A stretch of 64,000 nt of DNA, from assembly GCA_010093995.1 (NCBI GenBank), contig ML992502.1, positions 1,894,312-1,958,311 on the forward strand, written 5' to 3'. This document shows positions 33,601 to 44,183 of the stretch, in pieces. Position numbers and translations under genes: made by a program. Source of the stretch: Elsinoe ampelina. Its lineage: Eukaryota. The notes beneath the pieces were generated by a model. It did no database searches, was not told the DNA's origin, and saw only the letters and a program-made list of their open reading frames with translations. Within the stretch, counting starts at the first letter, position 1, and each line of letters starts with the position of its first letter.

Positions 33601-36108
33601 ATGACTCCCAAGAAGGATCTTGTGCCCATTCCTACGGCTTCTCCAGACCTCGCAATCCTTGGAGACCGCCTTACGATACATCCGCCTGCCGTGACCAGGA
33701 CAGACTTGCCCAGACTTCCTCAGACACTGCCGTCATCTCCAGATCAGCCCCTGCTTCAATCCTACGCTCGTTTCCGATCAGCTCCTCTTGACGCTTTCCG
33801 CGAGATTAGTCGTCAGTTCTTCGGCTCAGGATGGAGATCCTACGATACAATTGTTGGCCAGCCGGTCTTCTACAGCGGATACAGCGAGAACATGAAGAGC
33901 ATGGTCCTAGAAAGTCCGATACTGAAACAAAAAATATCTCAACTGGCAGAACAACACGTACAGACCGAAGCCGAGGTACTCGGGAATGACCTGGCTATAC
34001 TCAAGAGACAGAGGGAGCTTGAGGATCAGCTGTTCGAAGTCGCAGATCAATGGACCGAGAAAATGATATGTAAGATGGAAAGCAAGTCTTTCATCCGAGG
34101 GGCCTACTACCTGGCGACTCAGCTTCTCACCAGAGCCTACCATCAAGGAATTCACGTCAACAGCGAGGAAGTCCTGCATCTGAGATCTGTGGCTGAAGAG
34201 GCAGCCAAGAAGAAACAATCAATCATCTTCCTGCCCTGCCATCGATCTCATGTTGACTATGTCTCACTCCAGTTGATATGCTATCGGCTGGGTCTGACAT
34301 TACCAATCGTCGTAGCTGGAGACAACCTCAACTTTCCTCTGGTAGGAGCTTTCTTACAGCACGCAGGCGCAATGTGGATCCGCCGAAGTTTTGGTGAGGA
34401 TGCGCTCTATGGAGTACTGGTGCAAGCGTACATGGATACTCTCTTACAGAACGGATACAATATCGAATGCTTCATCGAAGGTGGTCGATCCAGAACTGGA
34501 AAACTCCTACAACCAAAATTTGGCTTTCTCGGATTCTTTATGGAGTCACTTCTATCTGGTAGAGTCGATGATGCCATCATTTGTCCCGTCAGCACACAAT
34601 ACGACAAGGTCATAGAAGTAGACTCTTACATCTCGGAATTACTGGGTCAACCAAAAGAGAAAGAATCACTCTTCGCGTTTTTATCGTCTTCATCGGTCTT
34701 GTCACTCAAGCTTGGTCGGGTGGATGTTCGATTCCATAAGCCATGGAGTATGCGCGAGTTTATCACTGATCAGACAACAAAAATCAGAGGCAGCCATTCT
34801 CTCCAAGTCTCGTACGATGATAATCTCAAGCGGAAACTGCTCAATGTGCTCGGTTATCGGGTCCTGGCTCACATCAACGACGCTAGTGTTGTGATGCCGA
34901 CCGCCCTCATTGGTACTGTTTTGCTCACTCTTCGTGGTCGAGGTGTTGGCAAGGCAGAACTCGTGCGTCGGGTAGACTGGCTTTGCGAGAAAGTCAGGAG
35001 TCGTGGTGGTCGAGTTTCCCATTTTGGCAGTCTTCCCACATCGACCGTGGTTGATAGGGGGTTGGAAGTGCTAGGTCCAAAGCTTGTCGGAAGGAGGGAA
35101 GGTCTGGCTGAACCAACATATTACGCAGTGGAACGCTTCCAGCTCAGTTTCTACCGCAACATGACCATTCATCTGTTCATCTCAGAGGCAATTGTCTGCA
35201 CGGCATTGTACACAAAGGTTAAGGTGGGCGGTGGCATGGAAGACCAGAGCATACAATATCAAGAGATGCACGACTATGTCTACTTCTTGTCTCAGGTAAG
35301 TGAAGCCGCCACACTGAGCGAAGCTTCGCTAACATGACAGCTTTTCCGCAACGAATTCATCTTCTCGGTACCACTCGTAGAGAACCTGAACAATACACTC
35401 ATCCAGCTCGAATCCGATGGCATACTTCACCTCGATCGGGGCGACGCCAACGCCATTACATCCATCCGCCTCAGCGATGAGGAACGCGCCTCAGGTCGCG
35501 AGAGCTTTGACTTCTTCTGCTTTCTCCTCTGGCCCTTCATCGAAGCTTCGTGGCTGGCCGCCGTGTCACTTCTCATGCTCACCCCGCCACCACCATCGAC
35601 ATCACCTACACAGTTGTCTGCATCTGGAGATGAGTGGCTCGACCTCAAGCAGGTCCAATCATACGCCCAGTTATTAGGCAAGACACTCTATCATCAAGGA
35701 GACATCTCCTATTTCGAAGCCGTCAACAAAGAGAGTCTTCAAAAGAGCTACTCGCGAGTGGAAGAGGAATCCATCCTTGTCGTCGCCAGATCGAAGGATA
35801 GTAAGATTCCGGCTCGTGCGCGATTGGACCCTGCTTGGGTTCCCGCCAGAGATGCCGAAGGTCGTCCGGTGTTAGAAGGCAACAAGCTGTGGGAGCTCTG
35901 CGAGCGGATCAGCCTCAGCAGAAGGGAGGGCAAGAATCGCAGAGACGGTGCTACCGTCAAGACCCGAGTCACCGGTCTAGTCGAGCTCGTCGGCGCACTG
36001 CTGTGGGAGAAGGCCCGGCTCCCCAGCCTACCAAGTCCGACAGTCGAGGAGATCGATCGACCCAAGGCACAACGACGAAAACTGCAGACCAGACCAAGTA
36101 AGCTGTAG
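33601..36108 (+). CDS. PlsB/GPAT-GNPAT-type acyltransferase with a C-terminal PTS1 (likely peroxisomal DHAP acyltransferase)
   Basis: HRSHVDY (HxxxxD), FIEGGRSRTGK; intron 35296-35340; ends -PSKL*. Confidence 0.88.
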
Positions 36109-36201
36109 ACCTTGCTCATCAAGCTGTAGAATACGCTCATGTGTAGATAATGTCATCATGAATCAAAACGAACGCTACATGGGTATCTTCGCATCTGCAC
36201 C

Positions 36202-37020
36202 TCAAAGCCCTGGATCAACATGCATCTTGAACTTCTTGTTCGCCCTATCCGGCGCACTCGTCATGAGTTGTTCTCCGTACACCTCAAACACATACCTCAC
36301 CTTCCCGTCATCCGTCTCCTCCAACGCATCCCCCTCCACCGGTACCTCCACCCTGAACACCGTCCCCTCCTTCGGCACAACCTTGACCTGATCCATCTTG
36401 GTCACAATCTCAAACGTAAACTTCGTATCCTTGACCACAATCCCCCTGATGCCCACCCGACTCACACACCCACTCCTCACGACCCTCACCACCGCCCCAT
36501 GAAAATCCGCGCTCGACAACATCGGTCCGACAAACTCGGGAGAAAGCTTCTTCTTCCCCTTACTAACCCTCTCCATCTCCCCAGCTGGCCCCTCCTCACC
36601 TTTTCTCTGCCCATCCACCCCCTCAGACGAAGAAGAGGATACATTCAACACCTCCCTGATATACCCACACCACAACGCATGCAAACCCCCATACACCGCC
36701 CACTTCCTCCCCTCCTCCGGTATCTCATACACCCCTAGTCTCCGCTTACTCTTGGCCGACAGCGGCCTCGGCCGGGAAGTGAGACTCGCTCTCCCTGACT
36801 TCTTGATAGCTTTGTCCGCGCGAGCGGCGTCGCGGGCGCGGAGGCGGCGGGCGTGGCGGCGTTTTTGTTGCGAGGTGAGGGGGGATGTGGGGTCGGGTGA
36901 GGAGGGGCGGAGGAGGAGCGGGCGGTGGAGGATTTGGTCCGTGTGGATTTGTTGGGCGAGAGAGGGGGGGTGGGATTGGAGGAGGAGGGAGAGGGCGGGG
37001 TGGGTTGGTGGGGCGGACAT
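36202..37020 (-). CDS. POP4: RNase P/MRP subunit p29
   Basis: LHALWCGYIREVL, ADFHGAVVRVVRS..SRVGIRGIVVKDT, VPKEGTVF, DRANKKFK. Confidence 0.9.
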   Translation of the reverse strand: MSAPPTHPALSLLLQSHPPSLAQQIHTDQILHRPLLLRPSSPDPTSPLTSQQKRRHARRLRARDAARADKAIKKSGRASLTSRPRPLSAKSKRRLGVYEIPEEGRKWAVYGGLHALWCGYIREVLNVSSSSSEGVDGQRKGEEGPAGEMERVSKGKKKLSPEFVGPMLSSADFHGAVVRVVRSGCVSRVGIRGIVVKDTKFTFEIVTKMDQVKVVPKEGTVFRVEVPVEGDALEETDDGKVRYVFEVYGEQLMTSAPDRANKKFKMHVDPGL

Positions 37021-37151
37021 CGTGGTTGTTTGGGGAAGAAGGTCTTAGGTGCTAAGGGGATGTTGACATGGCGGATCGATGAGGGCAGGACGAGTGGATG
37101 ATTGGTGGGATGGTGAGATCCGGGGAGATTGGAGAGATGTGAAGGTGATTC

Positions 37152-37176
37152 GAGGTGAGGTGAGGTGAGGTGAGGT
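37152..37176 (+). repeat. (GAGGT)5 pentanucleotide microsatellite in the POP4-PDX3 divergent promoter
   Basis: gaggtgaggtgaggtgaggtgaggt read directly. Confidence 0.85.
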
Positions 37177-37364
37177 GAAGCTTTTTGTCTGCGGCTCCGT
37201 AATCTCCGATGGGAGGGTCGTTGGAGTGCGTCATATTCGAGGTTGAGATCTTCTAGAAATACCTATTATACCATACTTTGCAATTCTCATAAATAACAGT
37301 TCTGGCCTGCATGATTCTTGTTACAACGCAGTAGCGACTCCGTGTACAAGCCATAAGCACCTCC

Positions 37365-38225
37365 ATGCGTCTCCCCCTTCTCTGCATATATAGACGACTA
37401 CCCCGCCACCCCACCATCACCTACACCAGACCAATTCACACCACCTCAACCATGTCAATATCAACAGCCAGCAACGCCCCCAACGCCATCAACACCCAAA
37501 CCACCACCAACTCCACCACCGACCCCTCCGCCCCACCCACCTCCTCCAGCAAGAAAATCTTCGCCCCCACCTCCTCCCGCTCCACCCTCCAAGCCGAGCA
37601 ATACACCAAAGGCACCCTCTCGGCCTCGGACCTCGACCGGGACCCCCTCACCCAATTCGACCTCTGGTTCAAACACGCGCAAACCTCATCCGTCCACCAG
37701 CCCGAAACCGTGTGCCTCTCCACGGCCGCGCTCCCCTCGGGCCGCGTCTCCAGCCGCTACGTCTACCTCAAAGAACTCGACTCGTCCGGCTTCGTCGTCT
37801 ACTCCAACTTCGGCACGTCCCGGAAAGCCGCCGATCTGGCGTCCAACGCGCACGCGAGCCTGGCGTTTTGGTGGCGCGAGTTGGAGAGGCAGGTGCGTGT
37901 CGAGGGCAGGACGGAGAGGTTGAGTCGCGAGGAGAGTCAGGTTTATTTTGACACGAGGATTAGGGGGAGTAGGATCGGGGCGTGGGCGAGTCGGCAGAGT
38001 CAGGTTATTGGGGGGAGGGGGGAGTTGGAGGGGTGGGTCGCTGAGGAGGAGGGGAGGTGGGAGGGGAAGGAGAGGATTGAGGTGCCTGAGTTTTGGGGTG
38101 GGTTGAGGGTTGTGCCGGACGTGGTGGAGTTTTGGCAGGGGAGGGAGAGTAGGTTGCATGATCGGTTTAGGTATAGTAGGGACGGGGAAAGGGGGGAGTG
38201 GAAGGTGGAGAGGTTGAGTCCGTAA
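37365..38225 (+). CDS. PDX3: Pyridoxamine 5'-phosphate oxidase
   Basis: SSRYVYLKE, SRKA, RQVRVEG, IGAWASRQS, WGG, EFWQGRESRLHDR, ERLSP. Confidence 0.95.
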   Translation: MRLPLLCIYRRLPRHPTITYTRPIHTTSTMSISTASNAPNAINTQTTTNSTTDPSAPPTSSSKKIFAPTSSRSTLQAEQYTKGTLSASDLDRDPLTQFDLWFKHAQTSSVHQPETVCLSTAALPSGRVSSRYVYLKELDSSGFVVYSNFGTSRKAADLASNAHASLAFWWRELERQVRVEGRTERLSREESQVYFDTRIRGSRIGAWASRQSQVIGGRGELEGWVAEEEGRWEGKERIEVPEFWGGLRVVPDVVEFWQGRESRLHDRFRYSRDGERGEWKVERLSP

Positions 38226-38384
38226 GAGTTGTGGATATCAATTGTTGGAGAGACTAGTACTGGGCCCTGCTATGTTGTATAGTTCAATCTCGTCGTGGCT
38301 CAAGAGACCTGCTGACTCTTCATTCATGGTGTCCGATTCTGTTTTGCGTCGTTTCCCATTCGTGTGCTCTTTCTCGCCGTCAAG

Positions 38385-39962
38385 TCAACTTTCCTTCTCG
38401 ACGTAGTGAATGGCACTCTTGTTCAGACCCGGCCAGTTCTTCTTACCCCATGCAAACCACCATCCGATCGCCGCCACTACCACAAAGACATAGATCGGAA
38501 AAGCGTAGTTCATGTTGCTCGCGTCAACAGGAACCTCGGTCGGGAATGGCAAGAAGACGGTGATGTAGCATGTCCAGACCAATGCGTAAGTGTTGATTGG
38601 CAGAGCGAGGACCTTTGGCAGACGCCACTCACCATACTTGACTCGGGCATTGGAGCCTTGCTCTCCGAGAATGCCGTGAGTACGAGCATACATGAGAGTG
38701 ACGATGGCGATGATGTAAGAAGTATAGAGACCAAGGGACGACAAAGAGGTAAATGCCGAGAAAGCAGTGGTGGAAGTCGATCCGACATTGAGGAAGGACA
38801 GCAGAGAGACCAATACGATCGGCAGTATCAGTGATCTGACGGGCACACGATGCTTAGGGTCGACGTAGGCGAACCACTGTGGTAGTGCACCGTCGCGTGC
38901 CCAGGCCCATGTGAGGCGCGAGACGGAGGCTACAGTGGCGACCACGATGAAGTAAGTGATGATTACCAGGCAGGATACCAGTGCGTTGGCAGCGGTACTG
39001 CCAGCAATGTTACGCAAGATGGGGATAATAGGGTATCCGGAGTCCAGGACGCCACCGCTGGTGGGATCTCCCATGTAGAATAGCAGCATGAGGGAGATGG
39101 CAAAGGCCATGGCGCCATTGATGAGAATAGTCCAGATCATGGCACGAGGTACGGCGTTCTTAGCCCTCCTCGTCTCTTCACTCATGTGGTTGACGCCGTC
39201 GAAGCCGATGAATCCCCAGGCGGGCATGAGCATACCGACGTTGAAGCCTACGAAGGGATTCCAGCCAGAAGAGGTGGAATCGCTGGTGAAGACGAAGTCT
39301 GCTGAGTTACGCTGCCCTAGAGCCCCGAAGATGGCCATGAAGACGACGAATAGAATGACGTGAAATACGCCAGTGCATGTCTCCATCCAGGGGACGATCC
39401 TGAAGGCGTAGGCGTTGATCAGGCCAGTAGTGACCAGAAGACCAATCATGATCAAGGTCAGGTGCCAGCCCTCTTGTCCATAGGATGGGATACCCTCCGC
39501 AATAAGGCCCTGCATGACGAAGCCCATTGAGCTAGCACTTCCACCGAGGGTGGACACCCAGGCAAACCAAGTCACCCATCCTTGCATCCAGGTGATGAAT
39601 CTGCGGTGCTTCTCGGGAGCAAGCATGTCGGTCCAATGATACTGTGCGCCAGCGATTGGAAGAATGCTGGCGAGTTCGGCGAGCGTGAGTGCTTGGGCGG
39701 TAGCTCCTACGATGACTAGGACCTGACCCCAGATGAGTGATCGTGGACCTCCGTTGAAGAAGGTCGCGCCCATGTTCATGACTACCACCTCCCAGCTGGA
39801 CATGAATGTCAATGCGAATGCCAGCAATTGGGTGAAGCTGAATAAACGTCGCAGCCTCGACTGATTCTCGATAGTAGCGGCATCGCGGGCGGTTTGTCCA
39901 TCGCTGTCGTAGACGGACTCGATGCCCGCTTCGGCAGTCTTGGGAGATTCGTCCAGCGACAT
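38385..39962 (-). CDS. APC-superfamily amino acid/choline/GABA permease
   Basis: About 12 hydrophobic segments; NGGP, LAELASILPIAGAQYHW, GFDGVNHMSEE, SRLTWAWARDGALP; intronless. Confidence 0.92.
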   Translation of the reverse strand: MSLDESPKTAEAGIESVYDSDGQTARDAATIENQSRLRRLFSFTQLLAFALTFMSSWEVVVMNMGATFFNGGPRSLIWGQVLVIVGATAQALTLAELASILPIAGAQYHWTDMLAPEKHRRFITWMQGWVTWFAWVSTLGGSASSMGFVMQGLIAEGIPSYGQEGWHLTLIMIGLLVTTGLINAYAFRIVPWMETCTGVFHVILFVVFMAIFGALGQRNSADFVFTSDSTSSGWNPFVGFNVGMLMPAWGFIGFDGVNHMSEETRRAKNAVPRAMIWTILINGAMAFAISLMLLFYMGDPTSGGVLDSGYPIIPILRNIAGSTAANALVSCLVIITYFIVVATVASVSRLTWAWARDGALPQWFAYVDPKHRVPVRSLILPIVLVSLLSFLNVGSTSTTAFSAFTSLSSLGLYTSYIIAIVTLMYARTHGILGEQGSNARVKYGEWRLPKVLALPINTYALVWTCYITVFLPFPTEVPVDASNMNYAFPIYVFVVVAAIGWWFAWGKKNWPGLNKSAIHYVEKES

Positions 39963-41304
39963 GCTGGTAGAGTTTGGCCACTGACGTTCACCGAGAATAA
40001 AGAGGTGAGGGGAAGGAGAGAGGAGAATTACAAACCTTTCGACTAGAGAACTTGTACAGATCTGCGCTTATCTGCGACGAGGCGAATTCACGGTGCTTGC
40101 CGGCCAAAGTAGAGTGTTGGGCGCCATGTCGCGTGGCAGCTGTAGATCAAGCACCGGACGAGACGACGACCCGGATGCCGCCACGCAGATAACAAGGGAA
40201 AGTTGCATGATGGCTTGCTGCACGAGCGATACTTGTGAGCTAGCGCGTAGGCGGTCGTGTGCGACTTGCCGTGAGGTGAAAAGACTTGCAGATGATCTTC
40301 GAGATTTTGACGACGGAAATGAGAAATGTCGAGCCAGACCCTGACCTCGCCCGGCATCAAGCCTTTGTGAATGAAAGTGATTGGTGCAGCAATTTACAGG
40401 GTCCGGAGCGATATGCAGCCGTATCCCCACTCAAACGGTACTTCACTCGTCCCCTTGGTCAGGCCGTCCATCGCTCGTGAGGAGAGAATGATGAGAAGTC
40501 CAAACGCGTCGGAGAGGATACGAGCAGACCGCCGAGTGAGCATGCATGATGACCATCATAGGAGTGGGAGTGAATCCTCCACATGTGTGCCGCCAAAGCA
40601 ACAAGCGGACGGGAGTGTCACTGAGTTTTCGGCAAAAACTGCTTCGAGTCGTGGGCATGGTCCCGTCTCTCCGGGCCTCCCTTTGCCGACTTTTTCCTCT
40701 TGGGGGCCTCCCGCTTTGTTCAGCTCTTTGAAACATCTCTGATCACTAAAGAGCATGGCAGATCAGAGGAAACTCTCTATCCTATTCATAGGCATGATCG
40801 AAAAGTCTGTTCGTATGCCGACATGTCATGACAAAGTAAGAGTATGGTCTAGTGAGCGCCGTGGTCACGAGCTGTCAGCCATCTTGGTAGATGCTGCAAA
40901 AAGCGGTAAGCCCGCATTCGTGTCGTCCTGATTTGGGGCAATCGTTACGCCATGGTTCTGACAAGCGACGAACAACCTGGCACCCCATCTCCACCATCTT
41001 GCTGCAGTATAACGCCGCAACAACGGCAAGCTAACCATCATGGTATGAATCTGGTCGTTTTCAAGTCCAATTTGGAATCTGCAGGTACATCTCAGCGCGT
41101 CATGTGGCTGTCGTATCCAATCATCTGCTGACAGCTCCAATGCACATCGTATTCCACATTGCTGTGTAGCCATCAGCAAGTTCCATCTGCCATGGCCAAC
41201 GAGGTATAAGTACAGCTTCACTTCGCTCTCAAAAAGACTCATACCATCTACGCCATCAACCACAAGCCTCCCCGAAACACCTTCCATCTATCCACCCTGC
41301 CATC

Positions 41305-41903
41305 ATGCAGTACTTTTCCTTCATAGCTCTCGCTCTTGCGACTACACTCGTCAATGCTGCATCATTGCCGCTCGAGAAGCGTCAGACACAGCCAGTCACG
41401 CTCACCTTCGCCGGCGGGCCAGCCTCGTACCAACGTACCTTTGTCGCCAATGGTCAGACCATCAGCATCAGTGAGTAAAGACCCCTGTTCCGTCGAGACT
41501 TTGCTAAGAATCACAGGTGATCCTCTCGGCATCTCAAAGGTCACCGCCGCCCCAGGCGTCGATGTTGGTTTCCGCTGTGCCTTCTACGGCAGCAGTGGTC
41601 AGCGTCTCTTCACCAGAGCCAACGCTGATGGCAGCGTCGACATTGGACCACCCCAACCGATCACTGCCGTGTCTTGTATCCCAGATTTGAGCCAGTGTCT
41701 CCCGGCTTTCTGTAAGTTTTTCCAGGGGACGGAAACTTTCGTTTGCAAGCTTGCTGATACCATATCAACCAGCTTCCTGCGAATTCACCCTCCCAAGTGG
41801 AGGCATCATCCTTGGTCGTTGCTGCTCGGATTCCTTCTGCGCAGCCACAAAGTGCCGACCTTTCCCAACCACTCCAGCAGCACCCTCACCGACTTCTCGT
41901 TAG
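41305..41903 (+). CDS. Small secreted cysteine-rich protein (3 exons, 8 Cys)
   Basis: Manual splice model, introns 41471-41516 and 41712-41772: MQYFSFIALALATTLVNA|ASLPLEKR|QTQPVTLTFAGGPASY...VDIGPPQPITAVSCIPDLSQCLPAFSSCEFTLPSGGIILGRCCSDSFCAATKCRPFP...SR*. Confidence 0.85.
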
Positions 41904-42263
41904 ACGTGCAAGCGAGGTGAAGTGATCTCGGGCCGTCGAGACGTGGAAGAGAACCACCAAGTCATGAGCATCTGGATATGTAATTTTGATGACTACATAA
42001 TCAAACACTTCCCAAATATTCCTTCTCCTGTCACTTTCTACGCCATCCGCTGCCTTAGTAGTGCAGCCAATACGCATAATAGCGATCGTGTTTGTATTGC
42101 CAAAATCCCAAATACTATGCCTGGACCCCGGGGTTCGAGCAAGGTCACGTGCATTCACTCCGCAGTTTCCACTTTACGCGGTCCGTTTCGCGTCGCGTCA
42201 CCCTGGACCTGACGACTTCAACTTTCTGATGGGCTTCTACACGGCTTAGCACCTGGAAGGAAC

Positions 42264-43689
42264 ATGGCAGACCACAACGAGTATCTGGCGATCCACGTGC
42301 TCAATGAGAGTCAGACTGTAAGAACAACTCAATTTCAATCCTTCTCCGTCTTGCTAATCCTTCCAGATCTCCTACCGACAAGTCTCCCGAGCCCTCAAGC
42401 TTCACAGCTCCATAGCAAAGCAATGCCTCTTCGACTTTCATTCCCGACAGAACCGCAAACACCCTGCTTCGGTCCACGCCACATACTTGTTGACAGGACT
42501 CCGCCATCCTCCCTCATCCCAAGCTACCCACGACGGTGACAATGACGTTCCCATGTCCTCTCCATACCAATCCTCGCAGCCGTCAATGTCACAGAACGAT
42601 ACACAGTCATCCACCTCACCAGCTCTCCCGACTCGTGTAGTCCTCATCAGTTCAGAGGCAGATCTCGAAAAAGCCAAAGCTACTCTTGACGAGGTTACCT
42701 CGATACACATCTACTCCCTCTCCGCTTCACCCACTCGCGATTTGCAGACCCTTACGGAGTGCAATCGCCGCCTGAACGTAGACCACTACAACGAAGATCC
42801 TCTCGAACATTGGCACAAGTATGGAGTGATTAAGAATGACCGGGTATGGCGGAGAACACGTAAAGGCGCCCCAGTCCCACCGCCTGAGCCTCCTGCTCCT
42901 GTCAAGGCAGCACAGCCCAAGGCAGAAGAGAAGGCGGCCACGGCTCCGATTAGCGCTCCATCAAGTCAGAACTCTGTCAAGTCCAAACCAGATGCACCGG
43001 AGAAGAAGCCCCCACCGTTGAAGAAAGAGAGTAGTTCCCTCTTCAAATCCTTTGCAAAGAGCAAGCCCCCGAAACCGAAAGAGAAGGAGAAAGAAGAGGA
43101 CAGCACACCGGCTCTCTCCGATGAGGAAGCTGACGACGCAGACCTCATGGACCTAGATGAAGGCAGTCTCGACAACAAGGATAGCCAGCAAAGCAATGTC
43201 GACCCAGGCAAGAGCAAGAAAGAGCGTGAAGAAGAGCTGAGGAAGATGATGGACGAAGACGACGAGATGGCCGACGCCGATGGAGCTGGCAAAGCAGAAG
43301 TCGAGAAGGAGTACGAACACCCTACTGAAGCAGAGCAACCGCAAGAGCCAGAGAAGGAAGAAGTCCAAGTCCATAACGGCCGTCGACGAGGACGAAGAAG
43401 AGTCATGAAGAAACGAACGGTCAAAGACGAAGAGGGATATCTCGGTAAGCACTACCCTCATTTTCCCCCCCCACTCTTGCTTCTCTCCCACACATCCGCC
43501 TGCTGACATGTCCCAGTCACGAAAGAAGAAGCAGCCTGGGAGTCTTTCTCCGAAGACGAAGCGCCGGCGCCCAAGAAAGCCAAACCCAGCATCATGGCCC
43601 AGGCCGCGGCGAAGAGCACAGGCGACAAGGGAGGCAAGAAGGGAGGCAAAGGGCAGAACAGCATCATGAGTTTCTTCGCAAAGAAGTGA
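42264..43689 (+). CDS. POL32: DNA polymerase delta subunit 3 (Cdc27/Pol32)
   Basis: ISYRQVSRALKLH..VHATYLLTG, DEEGYL|VTKEEAAWESFSE, C-terminal PIP box QNSIMSFF; introns 42318-42366 and 43445-43516. Confidence 0.92.
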
Positions 43690-44183
43690 TCTTACCATCT
43701 TACTACGACACGTCTTCCATGGCACGCAAGCATCAATAGGTAATCCGTACCCAATAACCGAAGCAGAGGCACCATCCAATAGCCCCGGGGCTAATTCCAG
43801 GACGCATTGAACGGACAGACAAAACACCATAACCTCACTGTTCGATCACAGCGGATGATGGGAGCTAAAGTGTACTTCATGCTTCATGACATCAAATCCT
43901 ATATATACACTAACCCCCAAAATGCCCCAAGATGCAACCACCAACCAATGCAGTCATGGTATCTCGTACACACCTCGTCACCGCCGATGCTGCTGAACAT
44001 GATGCCCTTCCCAAAGCCAGAGATGGCGCCTAGGACATGCAGCCATCTGTCGTATATACACTCGTTCCGTTTCCCGTCCCGATCTCCTCGCTTGACCTCC
44101 AGATCACTTCTTCACTCGTGCTTCCCCGCCTCTTCCTCCTCCGCCCGTCCTCCTCGTCGATCGACCCAGTCGAGCCGTGTACC

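Noticed and set aside
40068..41290. Multiple 60-140-aa ORFs
   Set aside because: No coding signature; likely the shared upstream region of the permease and the secreted protein.
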